DNA of 64,000 bases, from NCBI RefSeq assembly GCF_000143415.4, contig NW_003314267.1, positions 574,817 through 638,816 on the forward strand, given 5' to 3'. The notes beneath the pieces are model-generated. The model ran no database searches. It was not told where the DNA came from and saw only the letters and a list, made by a program, of their open reading frames with translations. This document shows positions 34,912-46,192 of the stretch, in pieces. This DNA comes from Selaginella moellendorffii. Lineage: Eukaryota; Plantae; Lycopodiophyta. The position numbers were made by a program, and so were the translations under genes. Position 1 is the stretch's first letter, and each line of letters opens with the position of its first letter.

Positions 34912-37450
34912 CTACAAAACTTTGGAACCGCGCTTCAACGAGAAGAATCCAAGCGCTTGTGGTTGTTTGCTTCTCTCTCTCGGAGAGGATTCTTCAATCT
35001 GGAAAGCTGCGTGATCAGTCCAGTGTTAAAGCAGTTTTGAGTGCCCGACTCACCTCCGACATAATGTCCTTTAGGACCAACGTGATTTCGGAAAAGTCAG
35101 GCCTGTCAGCAGGATTTGTTCGCCAGCACCACTCAAGTAGCTGAGAGAACTTTGGATGGGCATCTTGAGGGATCGTTGGTCTTAGTTCCTATATGTGTGA
35201 CACATGCAGAGGGTAAGTATACACAGCCTCAGGGAATGTCGGAGATTACCTCCTGAAGTACTCCGACAGCAACCTGAAATGGTGTCATTAGCTCGTAGGG
35301 AACCTGCAGCAGTGATAACCATCTTTTATGCACGCTACGCTTTAAAGGAAAAGGACACACCTTCTTTGTTAGCAATTCCCACAGCAGCACGCCAAAGCTA
35401 AACACATCCGCCTTCTGATCGTAATGACTGTGTCCAAGTACCTGAAACAATAAAACAGAAAGAACTTGAGAACTTATAACACAAGTGGCAACAATACCTC
35501 CGGAGCCATCCATCGATACGTTCCTGTTTCAGCCGTCATTATTCCATCTTGATCTTGAATACGAGCGACACCAAAGTCTGCTACTTTGACAACCTGAAGA
35601 AACCTCAGTGGAGCATATAACTAGAAGAACTGCAACATACCCCATTCTCATCCATGAGTAAACTGGACGCTTTAAGATCTCTATGAATGATGTTGTTCTG
35701 ATGCAAATAGTCCATGCCCTTCGCAATGTCTAAGGCAATTCTCAGCAAAACATAGAGGTGAAGATTGCCTTTTTGTTTCTGTAAATAGTCATGCACAGTC
35801 CCGCCGGACATATATTCTGCACGAAAAAAACTAATTTATCAGAGATTACGTTAAATGCAATTCGAGTACTAACCCGTCACTATACATAGATCTGGAGGTG
35901 TTGTGCATGCACCAATAAACTGTACGATGTTCTTGTGTCTGACTTTCCTGAAACCAAACCTATAAGAGTTTAATGTATGGAGAAATCAGCGTACCGCATG
36001 ATAGCAATCTCGTGGACAAACTCTTGCAAATGCTCGGTCCAAGTTTCTGGCTTGATAACCTTGATTGCAACGTCTTGGCCACAAAATGTACCTCGGTATC
36101 TGTGGCAGAATTAGCTCCGTGAAAGAGAATTTTACTATGTACGTACATGTCACCGTTTGAAGAAGGGAGAATTTTCTTAATGCGCTTCAACTGGCTGGAA
36201 TCTATTTCCCAATCATCAGGAGCGTCCAAAGGTATTTTCCACCCATTAGTTCCCGCTTGCGGTGCAATAATTGAGTCGGGTGAAGACGATGGTGATACAG
36301 ATGGCGATGTCGATGGCGAGCTTCGCAGCCACACCCCTTCCTGGCAGGAAGTAAGGTAAAGTTAGATCCAAGAAAAACTCAAGAGCACAAACTAACCTCC
36401 ATACAGGCGACGGAGTTTCTTAGTGCTTGTTCTAAATCCTTGATATTCTAGGAAGCAAGTGCAAAACTCTGTAAGCCAAAGATCTTGGCTCTGAAGTTAC
36501 GAGTTTCGATCAGGCGGTCCTACCTCGGTATGCCAGCCATATACTACAAAAACGTCAAGAGAGTAACCATCAATTGTAGAAAATATGTGAGCCTCCCATA
36601 CATGCAGGTTTACGTCTGCAAGTATCGTGGAGAGCTGCAAGCAAAATATTATCACGGCAGTTCAAACTCTGAAAAGATCTTAACCTTGCTAAGAAGTTTT
36701 GGTTTATCAACAGTAGAAAATGTCACTTCGTGCATTTGCATGTCTCCTATCCTTGGACTGCAATGAAGGGTTTCAATCGCATCAACGATAGAAATGCGTA
36801 TAGTATTTACGTACGTGGAACACATGCTGCTCGTCGGGGTGAAAAGTCTTCCTTCAAAGGCAGGAGGAGAGTGAGAACTGTCAAGAACGAGAAATCAACA
36901 ACAAGCGCATGGGTCAACTAAATCCTTACTCTGCCTTAGAAGACGGCGAATATGATGGCGAATCAGCTGGAGAAGAATTCATGGAGCTCGCATCAGGCCT
37001 CTCGACCTACAGAAACACAAAAGGAGTTAACAACGGAAAGAAGGAAAGACAAGCAAGCAATGCGTACAGACACAGCTCGGACATATAGAACAGGCAAATT
37101 CTTTGGATTTTCAGCTTCCTCCAACATTTTCTTATGAATGAGCACGACTTGGGCCCTGTCTTTCCTCACATCTGAAGCATACCTGCAAGGAAGAAACGAT
37201 CCCCCTCTCAAACCCAAGAACAGAAATTCCAGACCATGTAAAAAACTTTCTACCTGGTAGGGAGACGAGCAAAGTGAGCACGCAGCTCATCAGCGAAGCC
37301 CGGCTCACTGGCTTCCTCGTGACCCTCCTCTACGAGACGCTGGAGAATCTCAGTAAGAACTTCCTGCTTGGTATTCCTATGCTGCTGATGGGGCGCCCAA
37401 TCCATAGCCTCATTGGCGTCGCACCCATTCTCACTCCCATCCACCTCCAT
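34912..37450 (-). CDS. ACT-domain Raf-like STY kinase (STY8/17/46 family), multi-exon
   Basis: Exons encode [64 protein letters not shown] and [11 protein letters not shown], separated by short GT-AG introns. Confidence 0.92.
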
Positions 37451-37906
37451 GGCTTACCGCGGCATGAAATTTCCCCCTCAAGTGTCATCCAGCAAGCAAA
37501 ACCGGTGAATCCACGCGATTGCCCGGCGAATCAGCCTCGGCGCTGGGCTCCGCATGGCAGCTGCTCCTCGATCTGAGCTGCGGCTACGGCCGTAGGCGCA
37601 GCGCCACGCTCCAGAGCGCGAGCACGAAAACCCTAGCGCAGTGGTACACTGGCTCTACCAGACCTAGAAGACGCTTCTAACTAGGAGCATTGGACGATAC
37701 ACCATATTCCATCTCTCTTAAGAGCTGCCACATCATCCGGAAGGGACGGAATCTCCTGCAATGGAGGACGATATTGATATTTTATACCCCGGCTTGACCA
37801 AGCATTTGCTTATCTTAATTAATAGCCTCCAGATTGTTGAGTTTTCTCTGCGAGGTAAGAAAATTCTCTTCAAAGAATGCACGGCAAAGGGATTTCCACG
37901 AAAGCT

Positions 37907-39486
37907 CTAAAGAAGAGCATCACTTCGGAGCTCTTCAAACCAGTCTCCAATCTTTCTCGCCAAGTTCTCTACGTCTGCGAGAGCGGCTTTTCTCACTGCC
38001 TGGCTCACGGCATCGACCGGAGTGTAGATTTTTCCTGCTTCTAGCTTCAAATCCTGGGAAAACGAAGGCCTGAGGCTCGTTTCTTCATAGCTTTGGAAAT
38101 CCTGGGAACGAGACTTACAGGTAAGAGTGGTGTTGCGTGTGTTCCAGTCAAGGCCATCTTCCTGAGCGTGCCTCCAATCTTGTTTACTTGCGGTCTTAGC
38201 AGGGCTTCGAGAGAATCAGTCTCGTCGATAGTGTCCACGGAGAATTTCACCTGACGAAGTGATTGATTACCAATGGCAGGAAAAAAAAACACTTTTCTTA
38301 CCAGGAGAGTATGAGAAACTGCGTAACTGCTGGAAATTAAGCTTCTGTTTTGCTCTGGAGTGGGTTTAAACTCGGAGACTCCATCAGCAACCTGTCAAAC
38401 TTTAAAACATGAGAAGAACTTTGAAGAAATAAAAACCAAGAGTAAAAACCTGACCGAAGACAGACGGAATTTGTTGAATAAATCTCTTCACAGGCTCCAG
38501 ACTTTCTCGCTCTATGCCCGGTGGCAAAGGAAATGGTGGATCAGCTATGGCTTTCATTGTCTCCTCTACAACCAGCCATCCAGCTTGAGGTCGTGGAGAA
38601 AAAATATATTACCTGTTAAAAATTCCGCAAAGGCCATCACGGGTGAGCCTTGAGCTACTGAGGATAAGGTCGGTCCTAACTGGAGGAAAATTAATCAATC
38701 AATCAAAATGTAGCTCGGAGAAAAACCTGATCAAAAAATGGAACAGCCTGAACCGCAGGCTTGTTGTTGAAAGAGATTATTGCACTGGCCTGTTAGTGTT
38801 AGAACCATGTCATTACCAGAAATACAGAAGCAAAAGAAAAAAAAAATCTCACCTTTGGAAGCTTTTCGTCTATACAATAGCTTCCTATCAAAACCTGCAT
38901 GAGTGCCCCGTTGCTGTGAGCAAGAGAAGGAGGGAAAGTCTTTACGAACAGAAACAATGCAAACAGATAGACATACCTGTGGCCAACACTTATCACTGGA
39001 AGCTCGGCGACATCACTTGGAGAGAGCCCAAACACTTCGCAGCCCGATTGTGCAAGCAAATTCAAAGACGAACTCCAGTTGCCGTGAATTCGTCGAGCAC
39101 ATAACTCGTGATCGAAAGTAACGTTGTAAGGAGCTGCCATGATCAAGAATCCCTGCTTCGCAAGGAGCTCAATAAAATAGCTGACACGAAAACAAAAGAC
39201 CTATTCACAAGGGAAGACTAGAAGAATTCTTCTACCTGTAAGTCAGCTCTGGAGCAGCGCCGATAAATGCCCCCCCAAGGAATTGAACAAGCGCCTTGGG
39301 CTTCTTCTTCCTCGCCATCGCGTCTGGAGCAGTGTAAAGCAAGCAATCGCCCACATTCTCGTATGGGAACGCCAAGGAATCCCGAATTGCACCAATCCTC
39401 CTCGAGCCACGACCTAGAACACGAAAAATCGACTGACGCGCAGACAGACCTGGGCGCTCGGCAATTGGAGCGCAGCGCAACGCCAT
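37907..39486 (-). CDS. DUF1350 alpha/beta-hydrolase-like plastid protein, multi-exon
   Basis: PKALVQFLGGAFIGAAPELTY, PYNVTFDH, VGHSNGA, VKFSVDTIDET and LTGTHATP. Confidence 0.88.
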
Positions 39487-39771
39487 AGCCGCGGCTAAAA
39501 AGCCCTAAGCCCCGCGAGGAATATTCGAAATTTGAAAGCCAGATATTTTCCAAAGCCCTTATCTTCATCGGGCGGCCAGAGGCACAAGCCGGAGGACGAT
39601 CCTGGCCGTGGATCCAGGCGGTGGACGGCCGAGATTAAAAGCGTAAGAACCCTAGATAATATCTCGGGCTAAAACCCCTAAAACCCTATAGTCGCTTTCT
39701 CCCATTTTGATTGGCATTGGGTTAAGCCACGGCGCTACTGTCTCTTCCTCCTTGGTTTGGTTTAGGCGATA

Positions 39772-41918
39772 ATGCTGCGGTTGAGGATCCCTCTAGCGCC
39801 CTCTGCCCTTCGTTCCGCCGCTCGAGCGGCAGCAGTAGGCGGTGCCGCCACTCCATCGCCTCCTGCTCGAGGCGCCGCTGCCACTCCGCCGCCGCCGTCG
39901 CCTCGCATCGCCGCTATGGAGGCCGTCTCATGGCCCGCCGCGAGCTGCAGCGTGCCCTTGGTCTCGTCAGGTATGCTCGAGGGAATGCCAGGGTATAGGG
40001 TTTAAGTGTGAGGGTTTTAGAGGAGGAAGAAGAGCAAATGTAGATGCGAATTTGGGGTTTATCCTTTTTGTTGTTGTTGTTCTTGATGTTCTTGTGCGTT
40101 TGTGGTCTCGAGATGCTTTTTCTTTCATGTGCGTTTTTTTCAAGTGATTTTTGTTATTCATGTGCGTTTTTACAGGCTCTGGTCTCAAACAAACGAGTCT
40201 CCAGTCGACTTTTAAGTCCAGCTCGCGAGTTTGGCTTCCCAGACAAGGAGGTCTATCAATGAGAGCTTACTGCGCGGTGGCTAGTGCTGAAGTTGCAGCG
40301 GAGCCTGAGCAAGTTCCACTCAAACCCATTCTCACTCCAGCTCAACAGGCTCTTCAGCCCGCTAAGCCGCCTCCAGCTCGTAAGTTTGTTATCTTCTTTC
40401 TCAGAAGCTCATCTTATTGTTTTTCTTTCAGAGTCTGGAGAAATCGAGCTTGATCCTGAGAAGCTGGCGGAAGAGATGAACACCTGTTCTCCCTTGGAGA
40501 TCATGGATCGTGCGTTGGGAATGTATGGCAATGACATTGCCATCGCTTTTGGGTACGTTTTTGCGACTGCTTTGCAAGTAGTCTCTCATTTGCATTTCCT
40601 CTTTTCGACCAGTGGAGCTGAGGATGTCGCGCTCATTGAGATTGCGCATCAATCCGCGCGACCGTACCGAGTGTTCACGCTGGATACTGGAAGGATGAAT
40701 CCTGAGACGTACCGGTTCTTCACCGAAGTTGAGAGGCATTACAACATCCAAATAGAATATGTTTTCCCGGACGCTGGAGAAGTTGAGAAGTTGACCAAAG
40801 ACAAAGGGATGTTCTCCTTCTACCAGGACGGACACGAAGAGTGCTGCAACATTCGCAGGATCAGGCCTTTGTCAAAGAAGCTGCAGGGCCTTCGCTCCTG
40901 GATCACTGGTCAGCGTCGGGACCAACTCCCAGTTTCTCGTGGAAAATTGCCTGTTGTCCAGGTAAGGAAGCCTCGCAAAATCCTCTTTGTTTCTAATTTT
41001 CTCTTGTTGTGTTTTTCAGATTGATCCATCTTTTGATGGCCGAGATGGTCCAGAAACTCTGCTGAAATGGAACCCACTGGCGAGTATGTCGCATAATGAG
41101 ATCTGGAGATTTCTCACGAACATGAACGTGCCGATCAATGAACTTCATACAAAGGTGATTTTGCTTTCTTTTTCCATTTTGCTTCATGTATTTTGCAGGG
41201 GTTCGCTTCGGTCGGATGTGAGCCTTGCACGAGATCGATCCTCCCATGGCAGCACGAGCGAGAGGGACGGTGGTGGTGGGAGGAAACCAACTCCAAGGAG
41301 CTGGGTATCAACAAGGCAAGTTCTTCTTTCTCTTTGATCTGTGAAAGTTAAAGCTGAACATTGTTCTCTCATACTATCAGGGCAACATGAACAACGTCCG
41401 GCCTTACCGTAGGCAACAAGAATTCGGCGGTGATCTCTACAACAATCCGTCGATCATCAAATTCAGTCGTGAAGAAATGCGAGCTCTCGGCAAGACCACG
41501 TCGCGTGAAAAGTCCGGCGTCGTGTGCCTGTACGCCCCCTGGTGCCCACATTGCCAGGTATCCCGTTTTCTCTTTACAAGTTCTTTCTCGATGTTCTCAC
41601 ATTCTTGATCCTTTTTCCCTTCTCTTCAGGCCATGGATGCCGCATACAAGGAACTCGCCACGAGGCTCGAAGGCACACCAGTCTACGTAAGTAAAAATCG
41701 CATTGTTTTCGCAGAGTAGAATATGATCGATTTTTCCTTTCCAGATTGCCAAGTTCCGTGCCGATGGTGTGAACAAGATGATGTGCCAGCAAGAGCTGAT
41801 GATGACGACGTTCCCGACGATCCTCTTCTTCCCCAAGAACAGCACGAAGTTCATCAAGTATCCATCAGAGCGCAGGGACATCAATTCGCTCCACTCGTTC
41901 GTCATGTCCTTCATGTAG
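39772..41918 (+). CDS. APR: APS reductase-like protein (reductase plus thioredoxin-like domain) with altered active site; start at 39772 or 39916
   Basis: [66 protein letters not shown] and IKYPSERRD lie in spliceable exons. Confidence 0.9.
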
Positions 41919-42567
41919 AAGAGAGAATGGGGCGCTTTAGAGGAGGATTATAGGATTTTGGATGGATAGAGCAACTAATTCTTCGTCCCTGCGCTACTGG
42001 TTTGGTCGAAAGGATGAGTTCCAGTTGGGTGCTATCGATGGTCACTATAATCTAGAGAAGAGTTCTAGATGGTCGCTATAATCTAAAGAGGAATTCCCCA
42101 TAATCTTAGAGAAGAAATCTAGAGCTTATATAATCTTCTGAAGCTTGTTAATCTTTTCGCGCCATCGTGTAGTATATTCTTGTCAACGGTAAGGATATTC
42201 GCCAATTTGAATTAGGCGCGTCACGCGTGGCCGGCCGGCCCGTTGCGATTTCTCCTAGCTACGCGACAAGCGGAGCTCCGCCAAAAGTTAGTAATAGTGA
42301 AATTTTGATGACTTTTAACGTTACTCCACATTTGGCGGACCTCCAGCTTTCCAGCAGTTAAGCGACAACGCGGCTATGTGCGGGTCTAGCTCTTTCTAAG
42401 GTTTAGGGTTCTTCCAAGAAAGCTATTGGATCGCTCTCCAAGCGCCTTCCCTTGCAAATGAGACAGCGATCCGGCAGGGAAATATCTGATATCCGTCGCG
42501 AGGATCGCAAGAGCAGGAAGAAGAGGCGGCGCGGCGTCTTGATTCTTGGAGTTTCTTGGGTTTGGAA

Positions 42568-44568
42568 ATGTATTGTCGATGCGGCTTGTTGTGCGCGGCG
42601 CTGGTGTTATCGGGGATTTTTCTCGTGGATGCCGCCATGCTGGAGCAGGATTTGAGCGCGTTGGTCGCGTTTCGCAATGCCACGGACGCCTCCAATCTTC
42701 TTGGATGGAGCACGCAGCGGGATCCTTGTAGCTGGCAAGGGATTACGTGCATCAACGCCACGATCGGGTCTTCCAACGGCAGTGTAAGTGAAATTCGGGA
42801 AAGAGTATTCAAGATCAATCTCCCGGGCGTGGGGATCTCCGGGGCTGTCCCTGCCGGCGTTCTTGGATCCCTGGACGAGCTCACGGTTCTCAGTCTGAGG
42901 TCGAATCTTCTCTCCGGGCCACTTCCCGGCGATCTCATCAAATGCAGGAAGCTCCGGAGCTTGGTGCTGCAAAGGAACCGATTCACGGGCCCGATTACGT
43001 GGGATTTCCAGTCCTGGCCTCGCTTGGTCCGCGTCGATCTCTCCTACAACACCCTCAACGGAAGCTTGCCGCAGTCTCTAGAGGGCCTTCCACGCATCAA
43101 GATTTTTCTCGTCCAGAACAACTCCTTCACAGGTAAAATTCCGGCAATCCAGCGCGGCAGCTCCATCGTGGATTTCAGCGTCGCCAACAACAGCCTTAGC
43201 GGACAAATCCCACAGACTCTCGCGCAGCTTCCACCACAGGATTTTTCGGGCAACCTTGATCTTTGTGGGAGGCCTCTGGGATTTGTTTGCTCCGCCCCGG
43301 TATCTCCAGAGCCAACTCCAAGCAGGCCGGCAGCGCCAACTCAAACGAAGCCCGGGAGACGACTTAGTCTTGGCGCAATCCTTGCGCTCGTCATTGGCGA
43401 TGTGGCCTTCCTGGCAGTGCTCACGACACTGTTCATGCTGTGCTACTGGCACAAGCAGCACAAGCGGGAGATATCGGCAGCCTCGGCCCGGAGTCCCAAG
43501 CCCAAGGCCGAGGTGAGCAGCTCCGACGATTTCACGAGGGAGTTCTCGAGCTCGGACAAGAGCGCCGAGGCTCAAGCCGGGCAACTGGTCTTCCTCAAGA
43601 CGAGTAAGAACAACTTTAGCCTGGAGGATCTCTTGCGGGCATCGGCGGAGATGATGGGGCAGGGGAGCCTTGGGACGAGCTACAGGGCGGTGCTGGAGGA
43701 CGGGCAAATGGTGGCGGTCAAGAGGATCAAAGGAGTTGAGCTGGGAAGCAAAGAGTTTGAGAAGAGGATGGCGGTGTTTGGAGAGATCGAGCATCAAAAT
43801 CTCCACGTCCCAAGAGCCTACTACTTTTCCAAGACGGAGAAGCTCGTGGTGACGGAGTTCATCCCAATGGGAAGCTTAGCGGCGCAGCTTCATGGTAAGC
43901 AACCCGGATTTCTTTCTCCTCGTCTTTGTATACTAAGTTTTCCTTCAAAAGGTGGTGAGACACAACAGTCGATATCTCTGGACTGGTCCATGCGCCTCCG
44001 GATAGCGCTGGGCGCCGCAAGAGGGATCGCTTGCTTGCACGAGTCGCTGGGTGGCCAAGTAGTGCACGGCGACATCAAATCCTCCAACATTCTCCTCTCG
44101 CGCTCTATGGAAGCCCGGGTGGCGGACTATGGCATCGCCCAGATGCTGGGGCCGGGGTCCGAGTCGGCGTTGGGCCCGGTGGGCTATCGGGCACCGGAGC
44201 TGTCCGCCACCAGGAAGCTCACGCAGCAGTCGGACGTCTACGCGTTTGGGGTGGTGCTGCTGGAGATTCTCACGGGGAAGGCACCGTGGAGGAGCAATCA
44301 CTCGGGCGAGATGCTGGATCTCCCGCGATGGGTCCAGTCGGTTGTCCGGGAGGAGTGGACGGAGGAGGTTTTCGACCAGGGGATCTTGAGGTTCTCGGAG
44401 GAGGAGATGGTGGAGATGCTTCAGATTGCGCTGGTGTGCGTGGCGACGCTGCCAGGGGATCGACCAAAGATGAGAAATGTGGTGAAGATGATCGAAGACG
44501 TGAGGAACTGGGGGACTGGAGGGGAGGAGTTGTCGTCCGAGGAGCTCAAGAGCATGGATCGGCCATGA
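42568..44568 (+). CDS. LRR receptor-like kinase (LRR-III, RKL1/RLK902-like), one 57-bp intron at 43895-43951
   Basis: Signal peptide, PCSWQGITC cap, LRRs and TM helix, then FSLEDLLRASAE, HGDIKSSN, GYRAPE and DLPRWVQSVVREEWT.EVFD. Confidence 0.95.
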   Translation: MYCRCGLLCAALVLSGIFLVDAAMLEQDLSALVAFRNATDASNLLGWSTQRDPCSWQGITCINATIGSSNGSVSEIRERVFKINLPGVGISGAVPAGVLGSLDELTVLSLRSNLLSGPLPGDLIKCRKLRSLVLQRNRFTGPITWDFQSWPRLVRVDLSYNTLNGSLPQSLEGLPRIKIFLVQNNSFTGKIPAIQRGSSIVDFSVANNSLSGQIPQTLAQLPPQDFSGNLDLCGRPLGFVCSAPVSPEPTPSRPAAPTQTKPGRRLSLGAILALVIGDVAFLAVLTTLFMLCYWHKQHKREISAASARSPKPKAEVSSSDDFTREFSSSDKSAEAQAGQLVFLKTSKNNFSLEDLLRASAEMMGQGSLGTSYRAVLEDGQMVAVKRIKGVELGSKEFEKRMAVFGEIEHQNLHVPRAYYFSKTEKLVVTEFIPMGSLAAQLHGKQPGFLSPRLCILSFPSKGGETQQSISLDWSMRLRIALGAARGIACLHESLGGQVVHGDIKSSNILLSRSMEARVADYGIAQMLGPGSESALGPVGYRAPELSATRKLTQQSDVYAFGVVLLEILTGKAPWRSNHSGEMLDLPRWVQSVVREEWTEEVFDQGILRFSEEEMVEMLQIALVCVATLPGDRPKMRNVVKMIEDVRNWGTGGEELSSEELKSMDRP

Positions 44569-44722
44569 AGGAAAGTTTGTATGGTCTCTTTCTTCTTTGA
44601 TTTGTAAGTGTTTTGTGCATGACTCCAACAACAACACTTTGTGCAAATTTTTTGGCAGGAGCAAAGCTCTGCGAATAACGTAAATCCAATCATCTCCAAA
44701 GTTGGATCATGGTCTTAGAACT

Positions 44723-45187
44723 TTAGTAGAGCTTCTCTTCCTGGTGGGTTTGAATGACCAAATCCGAGACCGGGTATGCCACACAGGTGAGAACGTAGCC
44801 CTGTTTCACCTGGAGATCAGTGAGAAACGTTTGGTCCCTCTGATCCACCTCGCCCAGCTTCACCATGCCCGCGCAAGAAGAACACGCCCCCGATTTGCAC
44901 GAGTAGGGCAGCTCCACGCCCTGCTCCTCCGCGGCATCCAGAATGTAGGAATCCTCGGGCACGCTCAGCACTTTCTCGCCCTCAGGGGTCACCAGCGTTA
45001 CCTTGTAAGCCGCCCAGACGCGAAGCCTCGATCGCCCACCTGGTGGAAGTCGAGCTGGTTGGAATCGCCCACTTGGATCTGGCGATGGAAATCGGACATC
45101 TGGATGGAACCGTGCACTACGATTTGCAAGGCGCCCAATCGCAAATGGATATCGCCCACTTGGAGCTGCTACCAGGGAAGCCGCCAT
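44723..45187 (-). CDS. Plant-type [2Fe-2S] ferredoxin with transit peptide
   Basis: [28 protein letters not shown] and [12 protein letters not shown]; ATG at 45187. Confidence 0.95.
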   Translation of the reverse strand: MAASLVAAPSGRYPFAIGRLANRSARFHPDVRFPSPDPSGRFQPARLPPGGRSRLRVWAAYKVTLVTPEGEKVLSVPEDSYILDAAEEQGVELPYSCKSGACSSCAGMVKLGEVDQRDQTFLTDLQVKQGYVLTCVAYPVSDLVIQTHQEEKLY

Positions 45188-45942
45188 GGCCAAACACAGT
45201 CTTTTAGACAATAGTAGTTTACGGTAATATTCTGTGGCAAACAGTATTGTATTTCGACGCACAAGTTCTACTCGAATCTCTCGCTTCACAGAGGATCTTC
45301 GTAAAATCAAGATTGTAAGTTTTTTTGGATAAAAATGATGGAAGTACTATCAGAGGGAGGTTTCGATCCTCCGACCTGTGGGTTATGGGCCCACTACGCT
45401 TCCGTTGTGCCACTCTGATTTTGTTACATTTTTTAAGATTTACAAATGATTGCATGCGCCTATAGAATATGCCATGTTTAATTAACTATTCGTTTACGTG
45501 CCCAAGCGTTGCTGAGTCTTGCTTATTTAAATAGTGTGGTGAATAATAAACTATTAACTTGTTGGGTTGTAGAGTATGCATCTGATGACCCATTTGAGTG
45601 TCTCGAAGTATAAGTCATACTCCGACCTGTTAAGTTTTTCAAAAAGTTTTTACTTTTCGCTATTTATACCATCTACATCTTTGTTGAGCATAGTCTTCCA
45701 AGTTACTACCACCGGCATTGGACAATCGATCGATGCTGGAAGAATCCCCTTGTATAGTCACACTATCTAATAAGTTCTACGTGGTAGGTGTTTACTATGC
45801 ATGGCGTTGCTCGATTCTTTTGACTGTAGACCATGAATGGACAAAATCTCATTACATGGTAATATTTATAAGGCTGCTTTTAAGCTAGGGCGCGGAGCGG
45901 ACGACACGAGATTGAGAGCTCGGAGGCGCTCCTAGGTAGCAA

Positions 45943-46137
45943 ATGCAGGGCTTGGGAGGAGGGCAGTGCGCTAGCGATGGCGGCACAGCCGCGAGGATTG
46001 CCGATGCTAGAGCCACTCGCTCCACACTGTGCTTGGAGAGAATCGGAGACGTGCAATGGAAATACGTTGCAAAGGGGCAGGTCTTACAGAGCGAGAAATT
46101 GTTTCCTCACCAGAGCGCCCTTGCGGTGAGTCATGCA

Positions 46138-46192
<55 letters not shown>

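Noticed and set aside
44723-45310. 195-aa ferredoxin as given in the ORF track
   Set aside because: It starts at a non-ATG codon; the ATG at 45187 gives a normal transit peptide.
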